Assembly (NCBI GenBank): GCA_016203175.1
Contig: JACQNH010000044.1
Location: 6,426-38,425, forward strand
DNA: 32,000 nucleotides
Direction: 5' to 3'
DNA from: Candidatus Woesearchaeota archaeon
GTDB taxonomy: Archaea > Nanobdellota > Nanobdellia > SCGC-AAA011-G17 > JACQNH01
Positions within the stretch are counted from its first letter, which is position 1. The number at the start of each line of letters is the position of its first letter. A program made the translations under genes and the position numbers. The notes under the pieces were generated by a model. That model made no database searches, was not told the DNA's origin, and was given only the letters and a program-made list of their open reading frames with translations. This document shows positions 1-8,240 of this stretch, in pieces.

Positions 1-2
1 TA

Positions 3-419
3 GCCTACCACGGGGCTGAATTAATAACACTTATAATATCTATTTTTATACCTGGTTTTACTGTAGCTTATTTTGGAATAGCTATAGCCCCATTTTTAGC
101 AGCAATATCTTTTTTCACAATAATGGATATAAAACAATTAAGCCCGGTAGTAAAATTTCCAACAGCTTTCGTAGCAGGATTAACAACACCATTGTTTTTA
201 ATTCAGCCAAATTTTGTTTGGATTTACCTTTTAATAAACCTTTACACAAGTTTGTTTGCAAGTAAAAAAAGTGAATTTATAGCCTTAACAGTTCCAGTAA
301 TTTATATCGCAATAATTATTTTAATTTTAACAAGAATAGACTTAGGCTACTGCAATCTTATACAACAATTAGCATCAACCCTATCCCCAACAACCCCATT
401 TAAATTGCCACAAATTTAA
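3..419 (+). CDS. hypothetical polytopic membrane protein, 5' end outside the window
   Basis: The reading frame is open from base 3 (AYHGAELITLIISIFIPGF...) into the tracked ORF 123..419. The protein is strongly hydrophobic and helical, with no recognisable motif. It overlaps the convergent gene by 20 nt at its 3' end. Confidence 0.4.
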   Translation, partial: AYHGAELITLIISIFIPGFTVAYFGIAIAPFLAAISFFTIMDIKQLSPVVKFPTAFVAGLTTPLFLIQPNFVWIYLLINLYTSLFASKKSEFIALTVPVIYIAIIILILTRIDLGYCNLIQQLASTLSPTTPFKLPQI

Positions 420-3111
420 GAAACTTCAAAAATCTTGGTTCTTTCAAAAGTAATTTAAATAAAAATTTAGATGGAAAATCCCTGTTATATTCTTTCATTA
501 ACTCTAAAACTCTTTCTTGATTAAATAAGCTTATTAAATAACTATAATCCTCTTCTTTAAAAAAACTCATCACTTGTCTTATCTTCAGACTTAACAATAA
601 TTCCTTTCCAATTAATCTTTTAATTTCTTTATCATAATTCCCACCATCTTTAATTATCTTACTTAAAACCTTAGCAGCATTCAATCCATACACGATTCCA
701 CCATGAGTATTATGAAGCAAAATATTACCCAATCCCCCAACAAAAGTATTTATATCATTTACTTCTAAATCAAAAACCTCATCGTACTTAGAATCAGCAA
801 TTTTAACATCTTTTATTGGTAATATTAAAACATTGTTTTTAATCAAATTAAAATATAATTTTTCTTTTTTATTTTTATTCTTAATTTTGCCTAATAATCT
901 AATCATTTTTTCATAAGAATAAGTCTTGAAACTACTATAAGAATGCCCAAAATATTTTCTAAAAAGTAACTTCCGATTCCTAAAAATATCACTAATTAAT
1001 TTTTTAGGAATACCCTTCATAGATTTTGAGTCATTTATAGATCTTATAAAACTAGTTAAAACATTTCTTTTCTCTGGAAAAAAATCTCTTAATTTATATA
1101 AATCCTTCTGATTAGATACTGAAAGAACGTAATTACAAGTTGTTTTAATATTTTTTCCATAAAGAACATGACCTTTATGAATAACTGTCCTAACATTAGG
1201 GGAAACACCTAGTTGAAATAAAAGTAAAACTAAGTCACTAACTAATTTTCTACTTGCAGTTTCTACCGTCAAATCAGCAGACCAATTCCTTCTTTTTTTT
1301 GACTTTCTAATCCTTAAATGCCCATCCCCCCTAAAATATGCTTTCAAAAACTCTTTTCTTAAGCTATCAGAAACATTAAATATTATATTAGGAACTTCCT
1401 TATTCTCCGAACCAAAATTACAACCCAATAGCCTAGAGAATAACAAGCCAACTATAAAACCACCAAAAACAACATTTACCTTGGAATCCTCTTTAGTAAA
1501 CTTATTTTTAACCATTGAAATACAGTATCTTATACCTAAACTCCTCTCTATACAATATTTTACATCTTCTAAATTACCATTCAAAATATCATCTTTTCCA
1601 AAATTTAAAATAATACCTGATTTTTTTAAACTACCCTCAGCCACATAATATCCCAACAACCTTGCAAAATACTTATTAATTTTAATTTTATTTGGTATAG
1701 CTAAAAATTTCTTAGCAGGATTCATTGTAATCTTAACATCTTCAGGTATAACCCCTTGATCTAAAAAAGCTTCAAGAGGAATCAAATCTCTCCTATAATA
1801 AGTTTTAGGTAAACCGTTTAGATAAAATCTCAAATCTCTTTTGTGCCTCAAATACTTCATACCTCTAAAAACTAAAATTCTTTTTGCTAAAGATTTATCA
1901 TAATCTAATAACAATTTTATAACATTTATTTCCTTTATAGAATTTAATTTTGGAACATTATTTCTGATTAATAAATAATCTTGCCCTGTAACTAGTTCTG
2001 AAGTCTTCTTTTCAATAATTTCATCATTAGATAAACACATAATACTATGGGCACTAGTAACTTTAACCCTAAAACCTTTTTCACAAATAACCTCATATAA
2101 ATTATCCTTAAGTCTATGTTTAATCACCCTATTTAATCTAACAAGTTTTAACTTACCCTTCTTATCTAAAGTAAAAACATCTACTCTTTTATCCAATTTT
2201 AAACTCTTTAGATCTATTTCTTTATCCTCTAAAATAATTTTTGATTTATTTTTGTTCATTAAATCATTAACAAATTCCCCAACCCTTATACTTTTCATCA
2301 TTCCATCTTCAAAAATCATAATAGACTCGCTGTAATCAACACTTGAAGCTTTCACTAACCCAGCAGCATCACCAGTTAAAAAAACTTTATTTTTAAAACT
2401 CAATGGGACATCATGATTAAATAAAGGAATCATTCCAGTTTGATTCTCTAATTTTTTAACCTTAAATAGTTTTAAAAATTTATTAAACTCTTTTCTCAAA
2501 TTACTATCTCCAACGACACCAATCCTTGCAAAATTTTTATTCTCAGGTACTAACCAGCCAAATTCACCATAACCTAAATAAACTTTATACACATCAGGTT
2601 CAAATTCTCCTTTTACCCTATATTGCATTGCAGTTTTATACTTTCTTCCATTTAACATATTAAAAGAATTTCCAACCCTAGAATAAGGACCATCAGCACC
2701 AACTAAAATTTCATCCTCAATTAAACCTTTATTAGTCAAGCATTGAATTTTTTTATTAACAATACTAGCAGCATTTAACCTATGATTTAACAAGACTTTA
2801 ACACCTTCATTTTCAGCCATCTCACATAAATATCTATCAAACTTACACCTATCTAAAATATAATCTCCTTTACCTAAATCAACATCTAAAATATCTCCAT
2901 TAAAATGTACACGAACAGTTTTGATCTTGTTTACAATCACACTTTCATCTAATTTTAATACATTATCAATAGCATCAGTAACAACACCAGTGCATTGAAC
3001 AGGTTTCCCAATACAAGAATGCTCTTCCAACAAATTAACCTTAAATCCTTCTTTAGCCAATAAATAACCTAAATAACTACCGCTTGGACCTGCACCAACA
3101 ATTGTTACCAT
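400..3111 (-). CDS. geranylgeranyl reductase family FAD-dependent oxidoreductase (likely digeranylgeranylglycerophospholipid reductase), intein-containing precursor
   Basis: The N-terminal Rossmann motif is IVGAGPSGSYLG. The motifs GKPVQCTG, ILDRCKFDRYL, LVGADGPYSRV and GDAAG follow in the order typical of GGR-family flavoproteins. The exteins total about 358 aa (256 + 102) and are interrupted by a 545-aa intein. Confidence 0.85.
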   Translation of the reverse strand: MVTIVGAGPSGSYLGYLLAKEGFKVNLLEEHSCIGKPVQCTGVVTDAIDNVLKLDESVIVNKIKTVRVHFNGDILDVDLGKGDYILDRCKFDRYLCEMAENEGVKVLLNHRLNAASIVNKKIQCLTNKGLIEDEILVGADGPYSRVGNSFNMLNGRKYKTAMQYRVKGEFEPDVYKVYLGYGEFGWLVPENKNFARIGVVGDSNLRKEFNKFLKLFKVKKLENQTGMIPLFNHDVPLSFKNKVFLTGDAAGLVKASSVDYSESIMIFEDGMMKSIRVGEFVNDLMNKNKSKIILEDKEIDLKSLKLDKRVDVFTLDKKGKLKLVRLNRVIKHRLKDNLYEVICEKGFRVKVTSAHSIMCLSNDEIIEKKTSELVTGQDYLLIRNNVPKLNSIKEINVIKLLLDYDKSLAKRILVFRGMKYLRHKRDLRFYLNGLPKTYYRRDLIPLEAFLDQGVIPEDVKITMNPAKKFLAIPNKIKINKYFARLLGYYVAEGSLKKSGIILNFGKDDILNGNLEDVKYCIERSLGIRYCISMVKNKFTKEDSKVNVVFGGFIVGLLFSRLLGCNFGSENKEVPNIIFNVSDSLRKEFLKAYFRGDGHLRIRKSKKRRNWSADLTVETASRKLVSDLVLLLFQLGVSPNVRTVIHKGHVLYGKNIKTTCNYVLSVSNQKDLYKLRDFFPEKRNVLTSFIRSINDSKSMKGIPKKLISDIFRNRKLLFRKYFGHSYSSFKTYSYEKMIRLLGKIKNKNKKEKLYFNLIKNNVLILPIKDVKIADSKYDEVFDLEVNDINTFVGGLGNILLHNTHGGIVYGLNAAKVLSKIIKDGGNYDKEIKRLIGKELLLSLKIRQVMSFFKEEDYSYLISLFNQERVLELMKEYNRDFPSKFLFKLLLKEPRFLKFLKFVAI
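709..2343 (-). mobile_element. LAGLIDADG-type intein within the geranylgeranyl reductase (aa 257-801)
   Basis: Block A is SVDYSESIMIFEDG (Ser1) and block B is VKVTSAHSIM (TxxH). The two LAGLIDADG motifs are LLGYYVAEGS and FLKAYFRGDGH. Blocks F/G are EVFDLEVNDINTFVGGLGNILLHN, followed by Thr+1. Codon positions were checked by hand: AGT at 2343..2341 and AAT at 711..709. Excision joins GDAAGLVKAS to THGGIVYG. Confidence 0.8.
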
Positions 3112-3161
3112 AAAAAAACATCTTTAAAAAAATTTATAAAGCTAATGCACTAAAAGTCCTT

Positions 3162-4019
3162 ATGCTAGAAATTTTATTATCAATTTATGCAATATTAGCC
3201 CTATTATTAGCAACTATAACAGATTTTAAAAATAGAGAGATTCTAGACTCTATAAGCTTCACTTTACTAGCAATCTCCTCAATAACAGTAATTATTTATT
3301 CTATAATTTTAAAAGATTTCAATATAACCTTAACCACATTAAAAGTATTTTTTCCCTTGCTGTTTTTATCACTAATTTTATATTTTACAAGGCAATGGGG
3401 GGGAGGGGATACAAAATTATTAATCGCATTATCGATACCACTAGCATTTCCACTAATAAAATTTGATTTAACTTTATCATCCCCAATAGATTTCATTACA
3501 AATCTAGCAGTAGTAGGTGCATTATATGGAACCTTTTTTGCAATAATAAAAACAATAAGACATCCAAAAGAATTTATTAAAAATGCAAAAGAATTAACAA
3601 AAGGAAAAAAACCTACAATTTTAATTTCAATACTTATTTCACTATTGCTTTTTATACTAGGGTATTTATTAAAATCACAGTTTACCACAGCATTACTATA
3701 CGCATCAGCAATTTTTATTTTAATAACCCCAATGTTATTCATAATCTTTAAATCCGTAGAGAAATTTTCAATGATTAAAACTATTCCAGTAAATAAACTA
3801 ACACCAGGGGATTGGATTATAGACAAAAATATAAAATCAAAATTTAAAATCTCAGAACTAGGGATAGAACCAGAACAGATTTTAAAATTAAAAAAATCTA
3901 AAACTAAATCAATTTTAATAAAAGAAGGCTTACCATTTGCCCCAATATTTTTATTAGCCTACTTAATAACAATCTTCAATGGTAATCTAGTCTTAAATAT
4001 TTTAAAATTAATTTTTTAA
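3162..4019 (+). CDS. A24-family prepilin/preflagellin peptidase (PibD/FlaK/EppA-like)
   Basis: This is a polytopic membrane protein with the two aspartyl-protease signatures at the expected spacing. They are TITDFKNREI (Asp21) and WGGGDTKLL (GxGD, Asp83). It has an extra C-terminal soluble or membrane extension. Confidence 0.8.
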   Translation: MLEILLSIYAILALLLATITDFKNREILDSISFTLLAISSITVIIYSIILKDFNITLTTLKVFFPLLFLSLILYFTRQWGGGDTKLLIALSIPLAFPLIKFDLTLSSPIDFITNLAVVGALYGTFFAIIKTIRHPKEFIKNAKELTKGKKPTILISILISLLLFILGYLLKSQFTTALLYASAIFILITPMLFIIFKSVEKFSMIKTIPVNKLTPGDWIIDKNIKSKFKISELGIEPEQILKLKKSKTKSILIKEGLPFAPIFLLAYLITIFNGNLVLNILKLIF

Positions 4020-4645
4020 GGAATTCTTTCTTTAAACTTAAATTCCTCTAATTCTTTAATAACTTTAACAGGTTTAACCTCTAATTTCTTAACAACTTTC
4101 AACTTTTCTTTAATTAGTTTGGATAATTCTTGCAAATCCTTTTCTTTAACATTTAATTTCTCCCAATTAATTTTTACTTTATCATCCTCACTTCTAGGAA
4201 TTACATGAACATAACCATGAGCTACTTTCTGACCTGCAGTTACACCATCCCCAATCAAAATGTTTACCCCTTCAACCTTTAAAACATCAAAAACAACCTT
4301 CGCAACCCTTTGAACAACATCCATAATTTTTCCGTAATCTTTAGAATTAGTTATAGAACTTTCATGGTTCAAAGGAATAACTAACATGTGGCCTTTGCTG
4401 GCAGGATTAATATCAAATATAACCATTACATTTTCATCTTGATATAAAATCTCACTTTTTAATTTTCCTTCTTTAATCAAACAAAAAGGACATTCACTCC
4501 CACCATATTGTTTTCTTAAATATTCAACTTGTTCAGGGCTGCATTTTTTAAGAAATTCATTAAATTTTTTACTTTGCTCATCTCCTTTTAACTGAGAAAT
4601 CTCCTGCAATTCCTTTAACTGTTCCTTAGAAAACAAATCTGCCAT
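4016..4645 (-). CDS. HIT (histidine triad) family protein with a variant triad and N- and C-terminal extensions
   Basis: The core CPFCLIKEGKL...VMVIFDINPASKGHMLVIPLNH...GQKVAHGYVHVIPR matches the HIT fold pattern. The triad reads H-G-Y-V-H instead of H-x-H-x-H. Confidence 0.75.
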   Translation of the reverse strand: MADLFSKEQLKELQEISQLKGDEQSKKFNEFLKKCSPEQVEYLRKQYGGSECPFCLIKEGKLKSEILYQDENVMVIFDINPASKGHMLVIPLNHESSITNSKDYGKIMDVVQRVAKVVFDVLKVEGVNILIGDGVTAGQKVAHGYVHVIPRSEDDKVKINWEKLNVKEKDLQELSKLIKEKLKVVKKLEVKPVKVIKELEEFKFKERIP

Positions 4646-4675
4646 AAATATTTTAAAGTTTAATCTTATTTAAAT

Positions 4676-4951
4676 TTAACCTACAGCCCTTCTAACATCC
4701 ACAACTTCACAACTTTGAACACCTTCTATAGTACAAATATCTTTTTCCAATTTTTCAGTATCCCCTTTACTCTCGTCTAAAGTAAACATCAACTTCAAAG
4801 CAACTAAACCAAAAGCAACTGGCTCTTTCTCTTCTTTATGAACATTCCCCCCAAAAGTTTTAATCTTCTCAATTGCCTTTACTTTAATATTGTCTAAATT
4901 AACATCTACACCGTCAGGCATTATTCTAAAAGTTATTATTACAGTTGCCAT
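4676..4951 (-). CDS. ef1b: translation elongation factor aEF-1 beta
   Basis: The 91-aa protein reads IMPDGVDVNLDNIK...EPVAFGLVALKLMF...IEGVQSCEVVDVRR. It is colinear with archaeal EF-1beta sequences of about 89 aa. Confidence 0.85.
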   Translation of the reverse strand: MATVIITFRIMPDGVDVNLDNIKVKAIEKIKTFGGNVHKEEKEPVAFGLVALKLMFTLDESKGDTEKLEKDICTIEGVQSCEVVDVRRAVG

Positions 4952-4958
4952 TTAAACC

Positions 4959-5126
4959 TCAATTAGGACCTGTAAAACCACAATCACAAGTATACTTAGC
5001 GCATATTTCTCTACAACTTTTACATCTTATAATCTTGTTTTTATCACAAGCAGGACAAGTGAAGATAACAGACCCAGGATCATTGGTTATTTCCTTCTTA
5101 CAAGACATACATAATTGCTTTGTCAT
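4959..5126 (-). CDS. small Zn-ribbon protein (COG2888-like, conserved upstream partner of aEF-1beta); not in the ORF track
   Basis: Hand translation of the minus strand gives MTKQLCMSCKKEITNDPGSVIFTCPACDKNKIIRCKSCREICAKYTCDCGFTGPN* (55 aa). It contains four CxxC-type pairs. The stop lies 7 nt before the ef1b ATG. The tracked plus-strand ORF 4945..5166 is its mirror image. Confidence 0.65.
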   Translation of the reverse strand: MTKQLCMSCKKEITNDPGSVIFTCPACDKNKIIRCKSCREICAKYTCDCGFTGPN

Positions 5127-5161
5127 TTTAACAAGCCAGTTTTCAACACTTTATAAAACTT

Positions 5162-5183
5162 TTTAAAGCAGTATAAATATATA
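5162..5183 (+). promoter_or_regulatory. TATA-like boxes upstream of tRNA-Arg
   Basis: The sequence is ttttaaagcagtataaatatat, lying 9-30 nt upstream of the mature tRNA 5' end. Spacing is compatible with an archaeal TATA box at about -26. The AT-rich background makes this weak evidence. Confidence 0.3.
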
Positions 5184-5191
5184 AAATAAAT

Positions 5192-5265
5192 GCTCCTGTA
5201 GTATAGCCTGGATAGTATACAAGCTTGCGGAGCTTGGGACCGAGGTTCAAATCCTCGCAGGAGCG
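5192..5265 (+). tRNA. tRNA-Arg (anticodon GCG)
   Basis: I folded the cloverleaf by hand. The acceptor stem is GCUCCUG/CAGGAGC. The D stem is GUAU/GUAU with G10-U25 and U13-G22 wobbles and a GG in the loop. The anticodon stem is CAAGC/GCUUG with loop UU-GCG-GA. The T arm is CGAGG-UUCAAAU-CCUCG, and the discriminator is G. CCA is not encoded. Length is 74 nt. Confidence 0.85.
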
Positions 5266-5280
5266 AATCTAAATCCAATA

Positions 5281-7905
5281 TTAAATATCTGCATCCTTAA
5301 TCCCTTGCTCAGTTATCATAAAAGGAGCTTCTGACTCAGGCAAATAAGGACTATCCACCATTTTTGCTACCCTAGTTCCTTTCTTTCCCTTTCTTAGATA
5401 TACCCGTGTAGTCATTCCATGCGCAAGTACGTGCCCCCCAATAGCCTCAGTTGGATCTCCAAAAAATGTGTCTGGTTTAGACATTACTTGATTAGTAACA
5501 TAAACAACAATATTGTAGCTTGTTGCTAATTTCAATAAAGTATGTATATGTTTGTTTAATTTCTGTTGCCTATCCGCTAATTGTCCACGACCAACAAAAT
5601 CCGACCTATAGTGGCTCATTAAAGAATCAATAATTACTAATTTTATACACTTATCTTTTTGGCGAAGAAAATCCTCTGCTTTTTCCGCTAACAACATTTG
5701 ATGGTCGCTATTAAAAGCCCGAGCAACAATAATATTCTTCAAAGTTATAATCGGGTCTAAACCAACATCTGTAGCAATTTGTTTTATTCTTTCAGGTCTA
5801 AAAGTATTATGTAAAATTATACCCCCATGCCCCCCAATAAAGTTCTGTATCTCTTTATCTCCAGGCATTACTTCCACATCATAAGTCATCTCCTCTCCGA
5901 CACAATTTATTGATTCTATAGCATCAAACCAAATATCAGAATTAATTATCTTCTTTATTTTAAGAATTGATTCAGAATCTGGTAAATACTGTAACCATCT
6001 AGTTAAAGTAGATTTCCTAATAGGGTAATATCGCTTCAACCTGTATGTCAAATAACTATTATCTATCCCTGCTTTTATAGAAAAACTTTTAATACTGCCA
6101 TAATTATCCATTATAGACTTTAATAAGGGTATTGTAAATTGCAATTTATCATTAGGTAATTCATCAAACCTACTATCCCCTATTAAAAATGTTTGCCAAC
6201 TAATACTTTGCATAGCGTATTTCTTTCCATCATTCTCAGGCCTTATACCGTTTTTTTCAGAACACTTATAGGTTCTAATAACTGTATTATGTCTCGCAGG
6301 AATACCTAAAGCACAAGTAGCATATAATAAACCGTCTGCAAGCTCTTTACTTTTAGTTTCACATGTAGTGGCCCCAGTAATTTTATCTCTAGAACCATCT
6401 CCAGCAATATAGCCTTCCATAAACGCTTCGATATACTTCTCACCCAAGTTTAAAATAAACTCAGGCAACTTTTTTGTATCAGCTGAATACCCTAAATTCA
6501 ATTTCTCAATAAACAAAGCAAAAGGTCGAGCATTAATCTTCAAATCATTCTTACTTCGTTTTACTACAAAACTTAGACTACTAGCAAAATTTCTTACATA
6601 ATTATACTCTACATCTTTCTTTGTACAAGTTATAATTACACTACGCCCCTTTAAACAACTACCTTCCCCAACATATAAACCTAAAAATTTCATCAAATCA
6701 ATTGTAGTAGGCACTAATAAAGGCATCATATATTTCCTAGACCAACCCCCGATTCTAAGTTTAGTTTTAATTGCATCATTCATTTTAAACTTTATTTTAT
6801 TATAAACACCAAGTGGCAATTCAGTTCTTGTTAACCAATTATTTAAACTACTTGTGGAAAGATTTTTTGATACTGCCATCGATTGCAAATCTTCTCTTAT
6901 TGTATCTAAAAAGCTTCTAAATTCTTCACCCCCACGCACATACAAACCATTAACATCACTAAACATTTCTGATAAATCGAATACATTAATGCCCATCTTA
7001 ATTGGAATACTACCAGCTATTGCTATTTTCGTTCCTTTACTTAAATCCTTTGTTGCAATTTCGCTCAACTCACAATTACCATCTAAAGTAAAAAAATTGT
7101 GATATTCAGTTACCCTAACAGATCTCCCACTCTTCAATTTTACTTCATAAATTTTCTGTTTTGGATGTTTTATGAACCCTGTTATGGGAAAAGTCTTGAT
7201 TTTATAATCTTCCGGATCATAAGAAATTGCCTTTACATTTTCAAAATTATCTGCTGTAGAAATAGTATTGCCATACCTAACAATATTCTCAGTACTATTC
7301 AAAGCAGTTTCTATAAGTTCTCCTATCTGCACTAATTGAATTCTATTCTCCTTTTCAACCAGTATCTTCTCGCCAAAAGGTAAACTGCTTTCAGTATCAA
7401 TCCACAAAGCTTTTCCATCAATACCTCCTTTTTCTTTAGGTAATTGAACATTCACAGCTAATTGATGAGCTATCGCACTTTTTCCAGCACCATATGGACC
7501 ATAGCATTCTGTTATCCCAGAACTCTCAACACCCCCCCCGAAAAGTTGATCCAATTTTTTACTCCCTAAAGATATTCTCAATAAATTATCTCTTTTCTTT
7601 AACAATTCTTCACCAGTTTCAAAACCCATACCTGCTTTTTCCCTGGCAGTATTAATCATCTTTCTTGCAACACTTTCACCAACACCACAAGCCTCAACCA
7701 ATTGACCAGGGCTAGCAACAGCAACAGAAATTAAATCACAAAATCCTCCTTCTCTTAATTTTTCAGCAGTAGCAGCCCCAACACCAGGTAAATCATTAAT
7801 TGTAAATTCTTTCTTTTTATCAGCTTTAGATTTTTGAATATCTTTTTCATCAACTACAGCCTCTTTTTCTTTCCCAAGTGTTTCTTTTTCTAGGTCTTTA
7901 TTCAT
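5281..7905 (-). CDS. radA: DNA repair and recombination protein RadA, intein-containing precursor
   Basis: The N-terminal HhH motif is LPGVGAATAEKLREGGF. Walker A is GPYGAGKS. The core reads LWIDTES-[intein]-TFRPERI, then Walker B LVIIDSL, then VVYVTNQV...GGHVLAHG. The exteins total 347 aa. Confidence 0.9.
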   Translation of the reverse strand: MNKDLEKETLGKEKEAVVDEKDIQKSKADKKKEFTINDLPGVGAATAEKLREGGFCDLISVAVASPGQLVEACGVGESVARKMINTAREKAGMGFETGEELLKKRDNLLRISLGSKKLDQLFGGGVESSGITECYGPYGAGKSAIAHQLAVNVQLPKEKGGIDGKALWIDTESSLPFGEKILVEKENRIQLVQIGELIETALNSTENIVRYGNTISTADNFENVKAISYDPEDYKIKTFPITGFIKHPKQKIYEVKLKSGRSVRVTEYHNFFTLDGNCELSEIATKDLSKGTKIAIAGSIPIKMGINVFDLSEMFSDVNGLYVRGGEEFRSFLDTIREDLQSMAVSKNLSTSSLNNWLTRTELPLGVYNKIKFKMNDAIKTKLRIGGWSRKYMMPLLVPTTIDLMKFLGLYVGEGSCLKGRSVIITCTKKDVEYNYVRNFASSLSFVVKRSKNDLKINARPFALFIEKLNLGYSADTKKLPEFILNLGEKYIEAFMEGYIAGDGSRDKITGATTCETKSKELADGLLYATCALGIPARHNTVIRTYKCSEKNGIRPENDGKKYAMQSISWQTFLIGDSRFDELPNDKLQFTIPLLKSIMDNYGSIKSFSIKAGIDNSYLTYRLKRYYPIRKSTLTRWLQYLPDSESILKIKKIINSDIWFDAIESINCVGEEMTYDVEVMPGDKEIQNFIGGHGGIILHNTFRPERIKQIATDVGLDPIITLKNIIVARAFNSDHQMLLAEKAEDFLRQKDKCIKLVIIDSLMSHYRSDFVGRGQLADRQQKLNKHIHTLLKLATSYNIVVYVTNQVMSKPDTFFGDPTEAIGGHVLAHGMTTRVYLRKGKKGTRVAKMVDSPYLPESEAPFMITEQGIKDADI
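5806..7386 (-). mobile_element. LAGLIDADG-type intein within RadA (aa 174-700)
   Basis: Block A is SLPFGEKILVEKEN (Ser1) and block B is VRVTEYHNFF (TxxH). The LAGLIDADG motifs are FLGLYVGEGS and FMEGYIAGDGS. The C-terminal blocks are MTYDVEVMP...QNFIGGHGGIILHN, followed by Thr+1. Boundary codons were checked: AGT 7386..7384 and AAT 5808..5806. Excision gives IDTES-TFRPERI, matching the Rad51/RadA pattern IDTExTFRPER. Confidence 0.85.
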
Positions 7906-8168
7906 TCTTCTTCACCTCCTTCATCGTGTCCACCTAAAAATAATTCCTCTGAGGCCTTTTGAACAACCAATAAAACTTTCTGCAAATCTCCCTTCCTTAA
8001 ATTGATAACCTCATTCCTCCAAATATCCTCATCTTTCTTCTTGTAACTTCTACCCAAGCTAACTGTCTTAAATTCTACCTCTGCACCATTCACATTCTTC
8101 TTATTACTCCAGATAGCAACCTCTATGTTGCCTGCCCTAAACTTCTTTATTGGTAAATTTCCTACCAT
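7902..8168 (-). CDS. small basic protein with an acidic C-terminal tail, possibly PC4/YdbC-like ssDNA-binding; translationally coupled to radA
   Basis: The 88-aa protein has a strong SD (ggaggagga) upstream, and its stop overlaps the radA start (ATGA at 7905..7902). The pattern FRAGNIEVAIWSNKK...FKTVSLGRSYKKKDEDIWRNE..INLRKGDLQKVLLVVQKA loosely resembles the PC4-like beta-sheet plus helix. The tail is HDEGGEEE. The function is tentative. Confidence 0.55.
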   Translation of the reverse strand: MVGNLPIKKFRAGNIEVAIWSNKKNVNGAEVEFKTVSLGRSYKKKDEDIWRNEVINLRKGDLQKVLLVVQKASEELFLGGHDEGGEEE

Positions 8169-8240
8169 TTTATTTTCCTCCTTCCTTTTCGGCTTTTATT
8201 TCACTTCAAAAAATCACTTTTCTTCTGTAAAATTTCAACC

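Noticed and set aside
3296-3826. 176-aa minus-strand ORF inside the prepilin peptidase gene
   Set aside because: It is entirely antisense to a gene with clear A24 peptidase motifs. Its composition is low-complexity and Ile/Asn/Lys-rich, typical of shadow ORFs in AT-rich DNA.
4945-5166. 73-aa plus-strand ORF between ef1b and the tRNA
   Set aside because: The opposite strand encodes a 55-aa four-CxxC Zn-ribbon protein in operon arrangement with ef1b. The plus-strand ORF is its mirror image.
6854-7335. Two plus-strand ORFs (82 and 78 aa) inside radA
   Set aside because: They are antisense to the RadA intein coding region and have no motifs. They are shadow ORFs.
7531-7540. C8 homopolymer in radA and a G7 run at 3397..3403 in the peptidase gene, as possible phase-variation tracts
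   Set aside because: Both encode conserved glycine motifs (FGGGV in RadA; WGGGD, the catalytic GxGD of the peptidase). The runs are explained by protein constraint, and these are housekeeping genes.
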